A DNA stretch of 63,620 bases, the filler included, from Chrysochromulina tobinii (Eukaryota), in NCBI GenBank assembly GCA_001275005.1. It is 5 parts of 5 records of this genome, joined end to end, with 100 filler letters (N's around TTAATTAATTAA, not from the genome) between each part and the next. Parts side by side here need not be neighbours in the genome. Positions count along the whole stretch, not along the records: positions 21,913 to 41,389 come from JWZX01001123.1; positions 41,490 to 61,051 come from JWZX01001124.1; 3 more parts are not named here. One strand, 5' to 3'. Made by a program: the position numbers and the translations under genes. The notes below the pieces were generated by a model, which was not told the origin of the DNA, ran no database searches, and worked only from the letters and a program-made list of their open reading frames with translations. Below, piece by piece: positions 34,059-45,535 of the stretch (positions are counted from its first letter, which is position 1; every line of letters begins with the position of its first letter).

Positions 34059-35728
34059 ATGTCGAGTGATCAGCTCAGCGCGGCCGAGCGTTCGATCCCG
34101 CCGTTCCTAATCACCCAAAACCCAGACGCGTTGGCCGACAAGTTGCTGCCGACACTGCAAGAGCCGTGGCCTGCCGGAACGGAGGAGGCGCTCGCGCGCC
34201 GCGCCAAGAACACGGCCCAGACCATCATGAACGGCACGCAGCTGCCGCTCCTTCAGTCGCCGCAGGTCGTTCAGTGCCCTACTTGCCATCGCGTGTTGCT
34301 ACGAGACGTTTTCGAAGCCCACCAACGCACGTGCGCAACTCTTCCCGTCGCGGAGCTGCTCGAGGCGGAGATTAACTTCGAGCTGCACGGCGGCCGCTCT
34401 CAGACCAAGTCTCCGCTGCGTGACCAGATGGGCGGAAGATCATCGACAGGCGTCCCCAGGCGCTCTCCCGTCGAGAATGGCGTAGGCAACATCCCCGGCC
34501 TTGACCCGGTCGCCTTGACGAATTTCCCACCGGTGGGCGGCGCGTTGCCTGCTGCGAAGCGCAGCCGCTCAGGGCCGTCGTCGGGCTCACGCTCGGGGCA
34601 GCGCAAGCCGAACCCGCCGTCCGCTGAGGCGGAGCAGCGCCGCCGGCAGTTCGATAGCGGGCAGCTCACGATGGACAGCGTGTGTGGCGTCAAGGCAGGC
34701 GAGAAGATCTGCCTGCGGCCGCTCAATTGCAAGTACCATTCCGTCGCGCTGAAGCGACTCGTCGACGGGCGCACGCGTCAGTTCGACGAGTTGCTCCAAG
34801 AGTACAACGCCACCGCACCGGTGGTGCGCAAGGGCACCGGCGCGGCGCGCTCGGGACAGCGCAAAGTCGCGGGTCCCCACCTCGCGGCCGCGGCCGCTAC
34901 GGCCTACGGCGGCGATTATGGCGGTGACAACGGCGGCGATGGCGGCTACGGCGCCGGAGACATGGAGCTCGGGGACATGGAGATCGAGGGAGGTACGGGC
35001 ACGGGCGGCGTGGGAGGCGGCATGGTGGTCGGTGGCATCGTTGGCGGCATGGGCGGTGGCATGGGGGACACGGGGGTTGGGATGGGTAGTGGCGGCATGC
35101 GAGGCTTAGGCGGTTTGGCTGGCGGCATGGGCGGAGGCATGGGTGGCGGCACGGGCGGCGGCATGGGCATGGGCGGCGGCGGGCTGCCCGGCTATGGCTC
35201 GGTGGCGGCCTTACGCCCGGCTGCCATAGTGGACGAGCAGTGGCGCAATGAGTGGCACGCGCTCTACCAGACTGCCAAAGCATCCGCCGCCCGGGCCAAC
35301 AGCCTGGATCCTCACTCTCACTGGCCCATCCCCTTGGCGCTAGGCCGGCCGATGCGACGCAAGCGCCGGTTGCAGGCGGTGCCGCTGTCCGCGCTGCATC
35401 CGACGGCGCAACCACAGGTGCTCGCCGCTGGAGACCCGAACCCCGAGGTAACGCCCGAGATCGAGCCGGAGCCCCGCCCGCTGATGAGCAGTGCCCAAGG
35501 CGGCGCTCCTGGCAACCATCCGAGTAGCACAGCGAGCCAGCCACATGGAGGCACGAGCAATGGCGGCGGCCGCGGCGGCGGGCGGGGCGGTGGCCGCGGC
35601 AGCCGCGGCGGCCGCGGCGCGGCGGCCGCTATCAAGGACGACGACGCCGCGGAAACGCTCGACTTCGCGCCGCTAACCGCCGGCCATGGCGCCGGCGGTC
35701 CCGCTGGGGCGCCGCACGGCGTGTACGC

Positions 35729-35785
<57 letters not shown>

Positions 35786-35822
35786 GCTTCAGCAGCAGCA
35801 GCGGCAGCAGCAGATGTACGCT

Positions 35823-35908
<86 letters not shown>

Positions 35909-35912
35909 ATAG
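34059..35912 (+). CDS. ATXN7: Ataxin-7/Sgf73-like SAGA deubiquitinase-module subunit (zinc finger + SCA7 domain), Gly-rich linker, C-terminal polyQ
   Basis: CPTCHRVLLRDVFEAHQRTC and SCA7 signature CGV....CLRPLNCKYHSVALKRLVDGRTRQFDELL. Confidence 0.8.
35730..35909 (+). repeat. Coding CAG microsatellites (17 and 27 uninterrupted CAG)
   Basis: CAG runs at 35733-35783 and 35823-35903. Confidence 0.95.
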
Positions 35913-35980
35913 GAGGAGGAGGAGGAGGAGCAGCAGCAATAGCAGCAGCAGCCGGAGGTCGGAGCCCTCCGAAGAGCGCC

Positions 35981-37594
35981 ATGAGCTCCATCAAGGCCGC
36001 ATCTGCCTTCAAGGCCGCATCGCCTCCGCAGCCGCAAAGGACAGCAATAGAAGCGACCAGTTCGATCGGTAGCCGAGTGGGCGAGGTCACGCAACTGACG
36101 GCCACCCCGGCGGCGGCCACCATCGAGCCCTATTCCATGGTCACGTATGATCCGACTGCAGCGACCGTCCCCGCTGCTTCAGCCGTGCCGGCGGCCGCTG
36201 CCGAGCCATGGGCCGCGACGTTTTCGCCGCCGCCCCGAGCGGACCCGAGTGCTCCAAAAGCGACACTACCGTACCACGCGCAACTTGCCAACTGGAAGGC
36301 GGCACAGGCCGGCGCTTCGATCGGCAGCCGGGCAGGTGAGGTCACGCAAGGCGAGGTCCGCGCTGCAAAGGCCAAAGCGGCGGATGTCTCCAAGGTGAAG
36401 CAGACGGCACAGGCGGCGGGCGACAAGGCGGCGGTCGACAAGGCGGCGGCCGAAAAGGCAGCGGCGGAGAAGGCCGCGGCAGCGGGGGCGGCGGCAGCGG
36501 CGGCGGCGGCGGCAACGGAAGCGGCGGCAGCAGCAGCGGCCGCCGCTGCAGCGGCTGAGATGGTGGCGGCTGAGGAGGCGGCGGCTGAGCGGGCGGCGGC
36601 GGAAAAGGCTGCGATGATAGCCAAGGCGCGCGCAGAGCGCCAGCCCATCAAGGAGGAGATCAACCTCGTCGTCGTGAAGGGCTTTACCGAGGAGCAAGCG
36701 CGTAGAGCGCTCGCGGCATCGGGGAATGACGTGGATCTCGCGATCAGGCGGCTCATAGCGGCCAAAGAGATGGCCGAGAAAGAGGCAGCCGAGCGGGAAG
36801 CGAGGCAGAGGGACCTCCTGAAGGCGCAAAAGGAGGCGGAGGCGCGGCGGCAGGCCAAGAAGGCGGCGGCGGAGGCGGAGAGGGCTGCCGAGGAGAGGGC
36901 GAAGGCGGAGGCGGAGGCGGAGCGTCGTCGGGACGCCGACCGCGCTCTCGCGCTCAAGAAGATCGAGGACGAGAAGGAGGAGAAGGAGCGGCGCGCGGCC
37001 GTCGCGCAGGCCCTCGCGGAGCGCCGCGCAGCGGAGGAGGCGGCGGCAGCGAAGACGAAGCGGCTTAAGTCCGCTCGAAAGTCGGTGCTTGCTGCGGCGG
37101 CTGTGGAGCGCAAGAAGCAGCAGGCCGAAGCCTTCGCCGCCAAGCTGGCCCAGGAGGCGAAGGAAGCCGAAGAGAAGGCACTCCTGGCCAAGGCTTACGT
37201 CGATAAGACCATCGGTGAGAACGACGTGGTCGTGGCGAAGCGCATTGAGCGCGTGATCAGCTCACCGCCGTCGCGCTCGCCACCGATGGCACCGGGGGAA
37301 TCGCTTGCCCAACGGCAAGCGAAGCGGCGGCAGGAGCGAGCGCAGCAGCGCTCGCAGCGCTCGCACCGCGTGGCGGCCGCCATCGATGCGGCAGCGACGT
37401 CCCCGCTGGCAGCGACGCCGGTAGCGAGCAGCTCGGCGGACGCGGACGCGAGCACGGCGGATGAAGAGCTTCATGTGAGCAGTCGGATCCCGTGGGGCGC
37501 TCTTGGAGAGAGCTCTGCAGAGGCGGCCAACGAAGCAGCTCCGGCCTCGGCGACGGAGCCAGATCCGGACAAGGAGGACGATGACGATGAATAG
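35981..37594 (+). CDS. Ala/Glu/Lys-rich coiled-coil protein with a UBA domain
   Basis: LVVVKGFTEEQARRALAASGNDVDLAIRRLI (UBA consensus) flanked by EKAAA-type repeats. Confidence 0.7.
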   Translation: MSSIKAASAFKAASPPQPQRTAIEATSSIGSRVGEVTQLTATPAAATIEPYSMVTYDPTAATVPAASAVPAAAAEPWAATFSPPPRADPSAPKATLPYHAQLANWKAAQAGASIGSRAGEVTQGEVRAAKAKAADVSKVKQTAQAAGDKAAVDKAAAEKAAAEKAAAAGAAAAAAAAATEAAAAAAAAAAAAEMVAAEEAAAERAAAEKAAMIAKARAERQPIKEEINLVVVKGFTEEQARRALAASGNDVDLAIRRLIAAKEMAEKEAAEREARQRDLLKAQKEAEARRQAKKAAAEAERAAEERAKAEAEAERRRDADRALALKKIEDEKEEKERRAAVAQALAERRAAEEAAAAKTKRLKSARKSVLAAAAVERKKQQAEAFAAKLAQEAKEAEEKALLAKAYVDKTIGENDVVVAKRIERVISSPPSRSPPMAPGESLAQRQAKRRQERAQQRSQRSHRVAAAIDAAATSPLAATPVASSSADADASTADEELHVSSRIPWGALGESSAEAANEAAPASATEPDPDKEDDDDE

Positions 37595-38211
37595 CCAGTC
37601 ACTGTCGCGCCTACTGCAGGGAACCTATCAGGGTTTAGGGAGCCAAGACGGCATCGTGGATCTTCGGCCCCCAGTTCTCTCCTCTAGAGACGAATTCAAG
37701 TCCGAGCCGCACGAACCGTTCCTCATACCTCGATCGAACGGCCGCCGCGCGCCTGAGTACACCGCCTCAAATTTGGGTGATCGCACTACTTCACTGTGCA
37801 CAATCATGTACTGCGGTTACGACATACGTGGTGTATTTCGTACCCCGGGCAGAGGTGCAGCGATGTTTTGGAATCGGATTGTGTCAGTGCATAAAATATA
37901 CTGGCTAAGCGCTTTGAGCCCCCGAGCACGGCCCGGCGCGGCGGCGGTGGAGTCGACTGTCGAGTCGGCGTAGCCGTCGTTTGACGTTTCGATTCTTTGT
38001 AAGCGCGGCATCGCGTAACAGCGGGGCATGCACCGATAATCCGCATCTCACTCCTCCAGACGCACTCGAGCAAAATGCCGTGTGCTCAAACATGTGCCGA
38101 ACTCGGACGCGATGAGCCGAAAGCCGACCCAGTCCTGCTGCACTGAGGGTGAGGCGGACCCGCACCTTCTCCATGGCTCTATGATGGGCTCTCTGATAAG
38201 AGAGAGAGAGC

Positions 38212-40377
38212 TCACTCATCATCGTCGTCCTCCTCCTCGTCATCGGATTCTCGCAGCCACTTGAGCAGCCCGTCGGCCTGCTGAAGAAGTCGTTCTTCGA
38301 GCGAGCCCTCCTCGGCCTCCTCCTCGACCGCAGCGGCCCACTTGAGGATAGCCTGCTCGTCGAGCAGGTCGTCCTCGCGGTCGTAGAGCAGCTTGAGCGC
38401 GTGGTCGAAGACCTCGAGGAGACCCTCGTTCGCCTGCTCGCACGCGGCAGCGACGCCCTCGACGAGCGCGCGCTGGTCGGCCTTGCTCTGCACAAACTTC
38501 TTGAGCAGCGGCGCCCACTTTTCGAGCGCTCGCTTCAGGTTGGCCACCTTCGCCTTCTTGGTGGGCGCACTCGCTGCCTCGGCGAGCAGGGGCGGCACGA
38601 TGGCGCGAACCGAGTCGGCAAAGGTGCGGTCGGCGCCAAACTTGAGCCCGTTGAGCTCGAGAGCGAGATTCTCGACGGCGTCGTCCTTGTCGGCGGAGCG
38701 CAGAGCATCTCGGATGAGCTCGCGCACTGCGGTGGCGAACTGCTCATTCTCAACGTCTTCGAGGTTCGTCTCCTCAAGCTCTTCATCCTCCTCCTCCGAG
38801 AGCTCGTCGTCGCACTGGCCCTGCGCCACCGGTCGGTCAAAGCCGAGCGACGCGGCGGTGGGCACGACCTTCCACAGCCGGCCGTGCCCTCCCGGCCCGA
38901 GCAACGTGAGGCCCGTGCCGGCAGAGCACTTGGCGAGCAGCTGGGATGTGGCGAGAGCCACGCGCGCACGTGCCGAGCGCTCGCGACCGACCGCTCCCGC
39001 GTCGGCCTCGGCGTCATCGTCATCGGCCACGGCGTCGTCGTCGGCGGCGTCGTCGGCTTCCTCGTTGGCGGCCACCTTGAGCGCCGCGTCTGACGGCGCC
39101 CAGAAGCGCGCGAAGCGCGTGAGGGTCGTGCCCGCGCCCACGACGACGCTCCGCCCGAGCACGCAGCCGGCGGGTACGACGGCGCCGACCCCAATGCGCA
39201 CGCCCTCGCCGCAGATGCAGCCAGTGAGCGTGGCGCCGTCCTCGACGATGACGCCTCCCCAGAGGTAGCAGCCGCTTAGCGTGACACCGACGCCCACGAC
39301 GCAGTCGCGACCGACGACCGAACCCTCAACGACCGTGCGCTCACCGATGGTAGTGCCCTCCCCGATGGCGGAGTCGCGCACAATGGCGGCTGAGCGCGCA
39401 AGCGAGACGCCCGCCTCCTGGTACACGCAGTGCGCGGTGCACCGGTACGAGCATCCGGGCAGCAGGTTGGCGTCCGGTACAAGTGGGAAAGCCCAACGTT
39501 GCAGCAGGTCACGTGAGACTACGTCGTATGTGTGAGGGTCGTGCACACGCGCCGCGTACTCTGTCGAGAGCACGTGCGTGTAGATCGTCTTGCCGAGCAT
39601 CTCGAACTGGCCGAGCACACCCGGCAGAAGGTCGCGGCGCAGGTCCTGCCAGTCGAAGTTGTCCTGGAGCAACACGAGCAGCTCGGGCGTACACACGTCG
39701 ATGTGCGTGTCGTATAGGTCGCGATGCAGCTCGAAGCGGTCCGTCTCCTGCAGCAGCGCCATGGGCAGGCGCACCTTGGTTGCCCAGCCCTCCTTGACGG
39801 CCTCGTCGTACATGAGCAGCCGGCCCGTCTCGCCGGAGAGCGCCACGAGCTTCTCCTCGCCGCCGCGCCTTGCGCGGTGCGAGGCGGGCACGCGCGCCAT
39901 CACCGTCGTGAGCACCGCATCACGGTCGACCTCGCGCCGCGCCTTGTGTGCGGCGATGAGCGGTGCGAGCGAAAGATTCGCGATCACATCGCCGGGCACG
40001 AGCACAAAGTCGGACTTGATCACGCCGCGTGCCTCGACCTCACGCAGCGCATCGCCTGCGGACATGCACTCGCCCTGAGACTTTAGCACGTGGAGCGAGA
40101 CCGTCGCGAGCCGGCGCTCCATGTCGCTCTCGACGATGTAGCGCTCGACCTCGTCGGCGTGCGCGCAGCAGAAGATGTAGATCTCCTGCACGCCGCCCGC
40201 CGCGAGGAACTCGAGCGTGTACTCTATCATCGGCACGCTTCCAAGCGGCATGAGCACCTTGGGCATTTGGAACGTCATCGGCCGGAAATGAGACGCAAAC
40301 GAGTCGGCGAGCACGACCGCTTGCAGCACTTCCTGCTGCGCGAGGTCGTCATCCTTTTTGCCACCCTTCGGCGCCAT
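38212..40377 (-). CDS. EIF2B5: Translation initiation factor eIF2B subunit epsilon
   Basis: LQAVVLADSF...PKVLMPL...IEYTLEFL, hexapeptide left-handed beta-helix, W2 domain LELNGLKF...LYD..D.LDEQAILKW...WLRESDDEE. Confidence 0.95.
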   Translation of the reverse strand: MAPKGGKKDDDLAQQEVLQAVVLADSFASHFRPMTFQMPKVLMPLGSVPMIEYTLEFLAAGGVQEIYIFCCAHADEVERYIVESDMERRLATVSLHVLKSQGECMSAGDALREVEARGVIKSDFVLVPGDVIANLSLAPLIAAHKARREVDRDAVLTTVMARVPASHRARRGGEEKLVALSGETGRLLMYDEAVKEGWATKVRLPMALLQETDRFELHRDLYDTHIDVCTPELLVLLQDNFDWQDLRRDLLPGVLGQFEMLGKTIYTHVLSTEYAARVHDPHTYDVVSRDLLQRWAFPLVPDANLLPGCSYRCTAHCVYQEAGVSLARSAAIVRDSAIGEGTTIGERTVVEGSVVGRDCVVGVGVTLSGCYLWGGVIVEDGATLTGCICGEGVRIGVGAVVPAGCVLGRSVVVGAGTTLTRFARFWAPSDAALKVAANEEADDAADDDAVADDDDAEADAGAVGRERSARARVALATSQLLAKCSAGTGLTLLGPGGHGRLWKVVPTAASLGFDRPVAQGQCDDELSEEEDEELEETNLEDVENEQFATAVRELIRDALRSADKDDAVENLALELNGLKFGADRTFADSVRAIVPPLLAEAASAPTKKAKVANLKRALEKWAPLLKKFVQSKADQRALVEGVAAACEQANEGLLEVFDHALKLLYDREDDLLDEQAILKWAAAVEEEAEEGSLEERLLQQADGLLKWLRESDDEEEDDDDE

Positions 40378-40548
40378 GCTCGTGGTCACGTGCGCCGACG
40401 GAAAGCCCACGACACGCGATACTAGTTGTGAAGAGGTTTCGCTAGATGTGAAAACGAGAGAGGGGGTGGGATATCCTCGCGACATGGAGAACGCCGCACA
40501 GTACGGCCAGGGAAGCTGCCAGGCACGCTGGGTAACGGTCGCGGCGCG

Positions 40549-41389
40549 ATGTTCACGGTCCGGCGCTGGTTGTCGGCCGCGGCGGCGGGCGGCGGCAGCG
40601 CAGCGGCGCGCGGCGGCGCCGCGGTGCGTGGCGGCAGCGGAGCGGTGCGCGGCGGCAGGGTGCCGCGCATCGGTGAGCTGCGTACGGCGCACGAGGTGCT
40701 GCAGGCCCACGAGCGCCACGCACTCCAGATGCGCCCGGTGGACGTCAGCAGCTGCTGGAGCACTCTTGGCAAGCTGGTACGCCAAAGCCGCGAAGAGTGT
40801 GAGTGGATGAAAGCAGAGCTGCGTCGGAGCAAAGCGCTCGCGCCGTTGCTCGACTCCATGCTGCAGAAGCTGCCACTCTTCGAGCCTCGGTCGGTTGCGA
40901 CCGCGGTGTACGGGCTTGCGAGTGTGGTGAGCGCCACCAGATTCGCACCAGACAAGCGCGTCTGGAAGGCGCTGGCGGCAAAGAGCGCGGACGTCGCAAC
41001 AAAATTCAATCCGCAGGAACTATCGATCACGGCGTATGCGTTCGTAAAGGCGAAGCATCCGTCACCGGCGCTGCTCGATGCGATCGCGGCGGAGGCGGCG
41101 CCGCGCGTGCGCGACTTCAATGCGCAGAACCTTGCGAACACGGCGTGGGCGTACGCGGCCGCCGATCACAGCTTGTGCGAGGTGCTGTTTGGCAGCTCAG
41201 CCTTTGTGGCCCACTGCGAAGCAATGCAAGCTGCCTTTTCGCCAGAGGCTTTGCGCCAGCTGCATCAGTGGCAGCTTTGGCTGGAGGAGCGCGGCGCCGC
41301 GTGGCCGCGGCTTCCTGTGCCGCTCGCTGAGCGATGCCATGCGGCTTTCGTGGCCGAGGAAGGTCGACCCTCCCGCCTGCAGCGGCAGG
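40549..41389 (+). CDS. FASTK/OPR-like helical repeat RNA-binding protein (RAP-domain family), organelle-targeted, 3'-truncated
   Basis: FNPQELSITAYAF and FNAQNLANTAWAYA repeats, then LRQLHQWQL...PSRLQRQ typical of the segment before a RAP domain; Arg/Ala-rich transit-like N-terminus. Confidence 0.75.
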
Positions 41390-41489
41390 NNNNNNNNNNN
41401 NNNNNNNNNNNNNNNNNNNNNNNNNNNNNNNNNTTAATTAATTAANNNNNNNNNNNNNNNNNNNNNNNNNNNNNNNNNNNNNNNNNNNN
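41390..41489. other. Artificial contig-joining spacer
   Basis: N44-TTAATTAATTAA-N44. Confidence 0.99.
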
Positions 41490-41979
41490 TGTCGAGGAGC
41501 GTGCGCGTGCACTGCTCGCCGAGCGCGGCTATCATGATTTGCAGCGGGCGCTTCGACTGCGTGCCCCGCCGAAGCCGTTGGCGCCCCCGCTCACGCTTGG
41601 CGTCACTGTCGGGACTGCAGCGCTGCCGGGTCCCTTGGCGCCGATGGCGGAGGCAGTGCGCGATCCGGCGCAGCTCCCAGCCGACGGGAGCAGCGACAGT
41701 GACGACGACATGCAAGCTGCAGGAGCACGAGCACCAGCAGCACCTCGGGCACCTGCAGCCGCCCCCACCACGGCCCCAAACCCGTTAGCTTGCGCCAATT
41801 GTGGACGTGTCACAGGGAATGCGGGGGCTCTTGCGAGGCATGTCGAGCATTGTGGCAAGCCTGGCCCAACGAGGGCAGAGAAGAATCGTCTCGCTGGAAA
41901 AGAGAGGCGAGCGAAGAAGAAGCGTGCTGCCGCTGGCGACGCAGCCGTTGAGCCTGATGGTGATGCTCAGGATGAGTAG
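41490..41979 (+). CDS. C-terminal fragment of a protein with a C2HC zinc finger
   Basis: CANCGRVTGNAGALARHVEHC followed by a basic NLS-like tract; begins near the contig edge. Confidence 0.4.
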
Positions 41980-42321
41980 CTGAGGCACTGGCAGGCACGT
42001 CCATGAATGAATAGATAGAATTTTGGGTGCAATAGAATGATTGAAAAGAGGCTGTTCCACTCTCAGCAGCACACTGTATTAGTGCCAATATCATCTACAG
42101 TCTCCCTCTTCTCTTCCTTCTTCTTCTTCCCTTCTCCTTTTTTTATTTATTTCTCCAACCGTTAGAAAAACGCCGCCTTTTTTTCGTGTCGAAAATTTGC
42201 GCGTCGCGGCGGGCACAGATCGCCAACGAAAAAGTCCAGTACAGTACACAAAGGATGAAACCACCCACCGCGGGTTCGGTCGGTTCCCGGGGTCATGGCG
42301 TGGTCCTGCGTGTGCGTTGGT

Positions 42322-42398
42322 GGGTCGGGTTGGTTGTGAGGTTCGTCTGTGTGATCCGTGTGTGCCGTGTGTGTTCCGGCTCCCCACCCGGGTTTTTT
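42322..42398 (+). repeat. Dispersed repeat, copy 1 (GGTTGTGAGGTTCG..CTGTGTGATCCGTGTG...CCGGCTCCCC...TTTTT)
   Basis: Matches the reverse complement of about 58040-58130 and partly 54091-54150. Confidence 0.75.
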
Positions 42399-42790
42399 GA
42401 CGGACTCGTCATAGGTTGTGTGCTCCTTATCCCAAACACCCAAAGGTCTACGCCACACCAGCGACCCTTCCTGTGCGGGGTTCTTGAGTGTTTTGCGGGG
42501 TACTGGAAATGAGATCGTCACGCGTTGGTCTGCAGCGTGCAGGCGTTGGTTCTTGGTTGCCTTGCTGAGTTGATTTGACGACCGATACAACATATGTACA
42601 TGTAGTTGTAGAGACGATCTTGTTCTCTCGTGTCTCCGTCCGGATCAGCCAAATTTGGGGGTTCTCTCTCCTCAGTTTGTACAGTACTTCGTGTGGAGGT
42701 CGTACCCTCTTCGTGAGGAGAGCTCTTCTGAGCGGACTCGTGAGGCCGGAGCGCTTGGTACGGCGCGTTTGAGATCTCGAAAGTTGTGTG

Positions 42791-43852
42791 ATGACGGCCC
42801 TGAGCATGACGCTCCTTGCGTCCGCAACGGTCTTGTCTCGCGTGTGTCCACGGTCGACCGTGCGGCTGCTGCACTCGCGGCGCACGGTGCCAGCTGCATG
42901 CATAACTCAGCCAGCTGAATCCCGGCCTGCGCTGCCAGATGGTTTTGTTGTTGTCGACAAGCCTACAAACATGACGTCGTTCGACGTCGTTTTCAAAGTC
43001 CGCAGCACGCTGGAAAAGCACTTCAAGGCGCACGGGCACACGTTTGGGCGTCGGTCTAGGCTCAAGGTCGGCCACGGTGGCACGCTCGACCCGCTCGCGA
43101 CCGGCTTCTTGGTTGTCGGTGTGGGTGGTGGCACGAAGCGGCTCCAAAAGTACCTCACAGGTGCCAAGGGCTACACGGCGACGGCACAGCTAGGCGTGGA
43201 GACGGACACGCAAGACTCTGAAGGCACGCAGCTCTCAGCGGCGCCCTTTGCGCACGTGACACGCAAAGCGCTCGAGGAAGCTGCTGCACGGCTGACGGGC
43301 CCAATCATGCAGAGGCCGCCAATCTATTCGGCGCTGCGCAAGGACGGCAAGCGCCTGCACGAGCTCGCGCGCGCCGGCAAGATCCAGCCAGACGAGGTGG
43401 AGGCGCGTCCGGTCACTGTCTACGAACTCACAGTCGGTGCCTTCGATGCCCAAGCGGGTACATTTGATCTCACAGTGCAATGCTCGGGCGGTACCTACAT
43501 ACGAGCTCTCATTGTGGAGATCGGGCGCGCGGTGGAGAGCGCGGCGCATATGACGGCGCTCCGCCGCACGCGCCATGGCCCATTCTGCTCGCTCGAGGAG
43601 GCGCACGTGCTCAGAACGGCGCCTCCACTTCGGGCGCTCGCCTCTGCCGGCGTGGTGCCTGTGACTGGGGAGGAGCTACGCGAGCCGACGAGGCTGCTTG
43701 AGGCAGTGGAAGAGGCGAACCGAGCTCTCGAGGCGAGTGGCGCCCTTGAGGTGGCCGAGGAGATGGCCGGGGCAGACGAGCCCGGCGTCGCTCTCGAGAT
43801 GGCCGATTCAGACGACGAGCCTGGCGGTCAGACCTCCAAACGGGCAACGTGA
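42791..43852 (+). CDS. truB: tRNA pseudouridine(55) synthase TruB, with an organellar targeting extension
   Basis: VVVDKP..MTSFDVV, KVGHGGTLDPLATG, LGVETDTQD.EG, QRPPIYSALRKDGKRLHELAR, CSGGTYIR, LRRTRHGPF. Confidence 0.93.
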   Translation: MTALSMTLLASATVLSRVCPRSTVRLLHSRRTVPAACITQPAESRPALPDGFVVVDKPTNMTSFDVVFKVRSTLEKHFKAHGHTFGRRSRLKVGHGGTLDPLATGFLVVGVGGGTKRLQKYLTGAKGYTATAQLGVETDTQDSEGTQLSAAPFAHVTRKALEEAAARLTGPIMQRPPIYSALRKDGKRLHELARAGKIQPDEVEARPVTVYELTVGAFDAQAGTFDLTVQCSGGTYIRALIVEIGRAVESAAHMTALRRTRHGPFCSLEEAHVLRTAPPLRALASAGVVPVTGEELREPTRLLEAVEEANRALEASGALEVAEEMAGADEPGVALEMADSDDEPGGQTSKRAT

Positions 43853-44596
43853 CACCTTTCTACTATCCGCCCGAATGGACACGAGCGTGGCAGGACACCT
43901 ACTGTGGCACGCGCTGATCCGCGGAGCGGAAGAACTTGGAAAGTTGACGCTGTTCGTAAAAGCAACGACAGCTGTGCAGCTGTAACCTGTACGGTGATCG
44001 GTCGTTACGCTCTCCGTCTGGCCGCGGGCCGGAGTGCCGCGTGTGCCGTGCGGAGACGTGCGATCGGCGTCCCGGCATGTGGTACCGCTACCGGTAATCG
44101 AATAGCCTAAGAGCTTTTTTTCTTCTTTCGCAAAGACGGGAGAAAGTCAACAAAAGATTTCAAGTCTGAGTGGGCCGAATGTCCCGTCCGATGGAGTCGA
44201 TGATTCTCGCTCATCTCCGACTGCGTCTGCGACGTTCTGCGCGACTCCCGGTTCTGCAGCGCTCTGTCCGACCCGCGCCGTGTCGCGTGTCTGGGCCGAT
44301 TCTGGGCTTGACCCAAAGGGGTAGGGGGAGGTATTCTTTCTGGATTCACACATTATCCCCACCACCTGATTTTGAACTCAGTGTGGCTCGGCCCGCCGGT
44401 CTCTCTCCGCTCAAGCCGACGTTAGCACGCGGGGTTTAACGGGGTCCCAAGACCGAGCGACAACGTGGCCACGCGTGGTCGGAATGCTCCTGCGCATAGG
44501 ATGCATCCCCTGAGGAGTCCACGCACGCAGAGGAGGCGTGCCGTGGCGTCACCTCGCCAGCGCCAATCCACGTGGCACACGCCTTCAGCAGCTGGC

Positions 44597-45322
44597 TCAG
44601 AATGGGCGCTCCATCAGGCGTTTGTGCGCCTCGGCACGAGCGTGTGATCGCGGTGAGAGCTCTTGAGCCGGGGTGCGCGCGCGCTGTGGCGTTTGCATAG
44701 CTTGCTGGTGCCGTTGGCTTTGCGCCATCGCCTCGTGCTCTTGCGCGTAGCGGCGGGCCAGCTCCTGCTGCATCCGATGAGCCTGCTCGAACTGGAGACG
44801 TTCTTGCCTCTGTATCTGGTCCATCGCCTGTCGCTGCGCAGCCGCGTCCGGGCCATCCCACTGCAGCTGCCGCTGCGATGAAGCCGGCTCTCGTATCGAC
44901 GACCCGCGCACATCCGGATAGTAGCCGACACCATGAGGGCCATTCTTGAACACAAAACCTGGTCGACCACCTACGAATGACGGGCTCTGGATGAAGTCTG
45001 ACGGCGCCATGACCGAGTCTGGAGAACGATCCCGACGATGCTGCTTGTGCTGCGGGGTCGTGCCATTGGCGAACATGCGTTGAAGGTCCTGCAACTCCTG
45101 CGCCTCTGGCGCTGGAGCGCGCACATTGTGCTGCACCCTCAAGTCGCGGATGGCTGCTTCCACTCGGCGGAGTTTACCCAGCTTCAGTGGCAGAGGCGCC
45201 AGAATTTGCTGCCAATCCTCGTCAGTGAGGTGCGCCAAGTCCAGCCTCGAACTCGCAAACCCGGCCAGCCGCTCGCCAATGGGAAGACCGGCCTGGGTCG
45301 CCCAGGACTTCACCTCTCCCAT
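44597..45322 (-). CDS. Hypothetical protein with a SAM-like N-terminus, an F.G.RPGFVFK.G..G.GYY.D motif and a Gln-rich tail
   Basis: VKSW...LDLAHLTDEDWQQI..PLKLGKLRRVEAAI (SAM-like); FIQSPSFVGGRPGFVFKNGPHGVGYYPD. Confidence 0.6.
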   Translation of the reverse strand: MGEVKSWATQAGLPIGERLAGFASSRLDLAHLTDEDWQQILAPLPLKLGKLRRVEAAIRDLRVQHNVRAPAPEAQELQDLQRMFANGTTPQHKQHRRDRSPDSVMAPSDFIQSPSFVGGRPGFVFKNGPHGVGYYPDVRGSSIREPASSQRQLQWDGPDAAAQRQAMDQIQRQERLQFEQAHRMQQELARRYAQEHEAMAQSQRHQQAMQTPQRARTPAQELSPRSHARAEAHKRLMERPF

Positions 45323-45535
45323 TGACACACGAAAGGACACATTGGAAGGCTGTCTATTGGCCCAAAGTAAAAGTCCGCACAGACTTCGTCAAATTGATCG
45401 ACATGCAGCACACGAACCTGGTGGATCAACCGCAACGGCGCTCATCAAAGGGATCCCAACAATTTCATGTGTATCTCAATGCTAGCACCATTCTCCTCGG
45501 CTTTCTGGACGCCGGTACAGCCCTTACTACCGGGT

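Noticed and set aside
40378..40785. N-terminal extension of eIF2B epsilon overlapping the RAP-family gene
   Set aside because: Homology starts at MAPKGGK (40377); the extension is antisense read-through.
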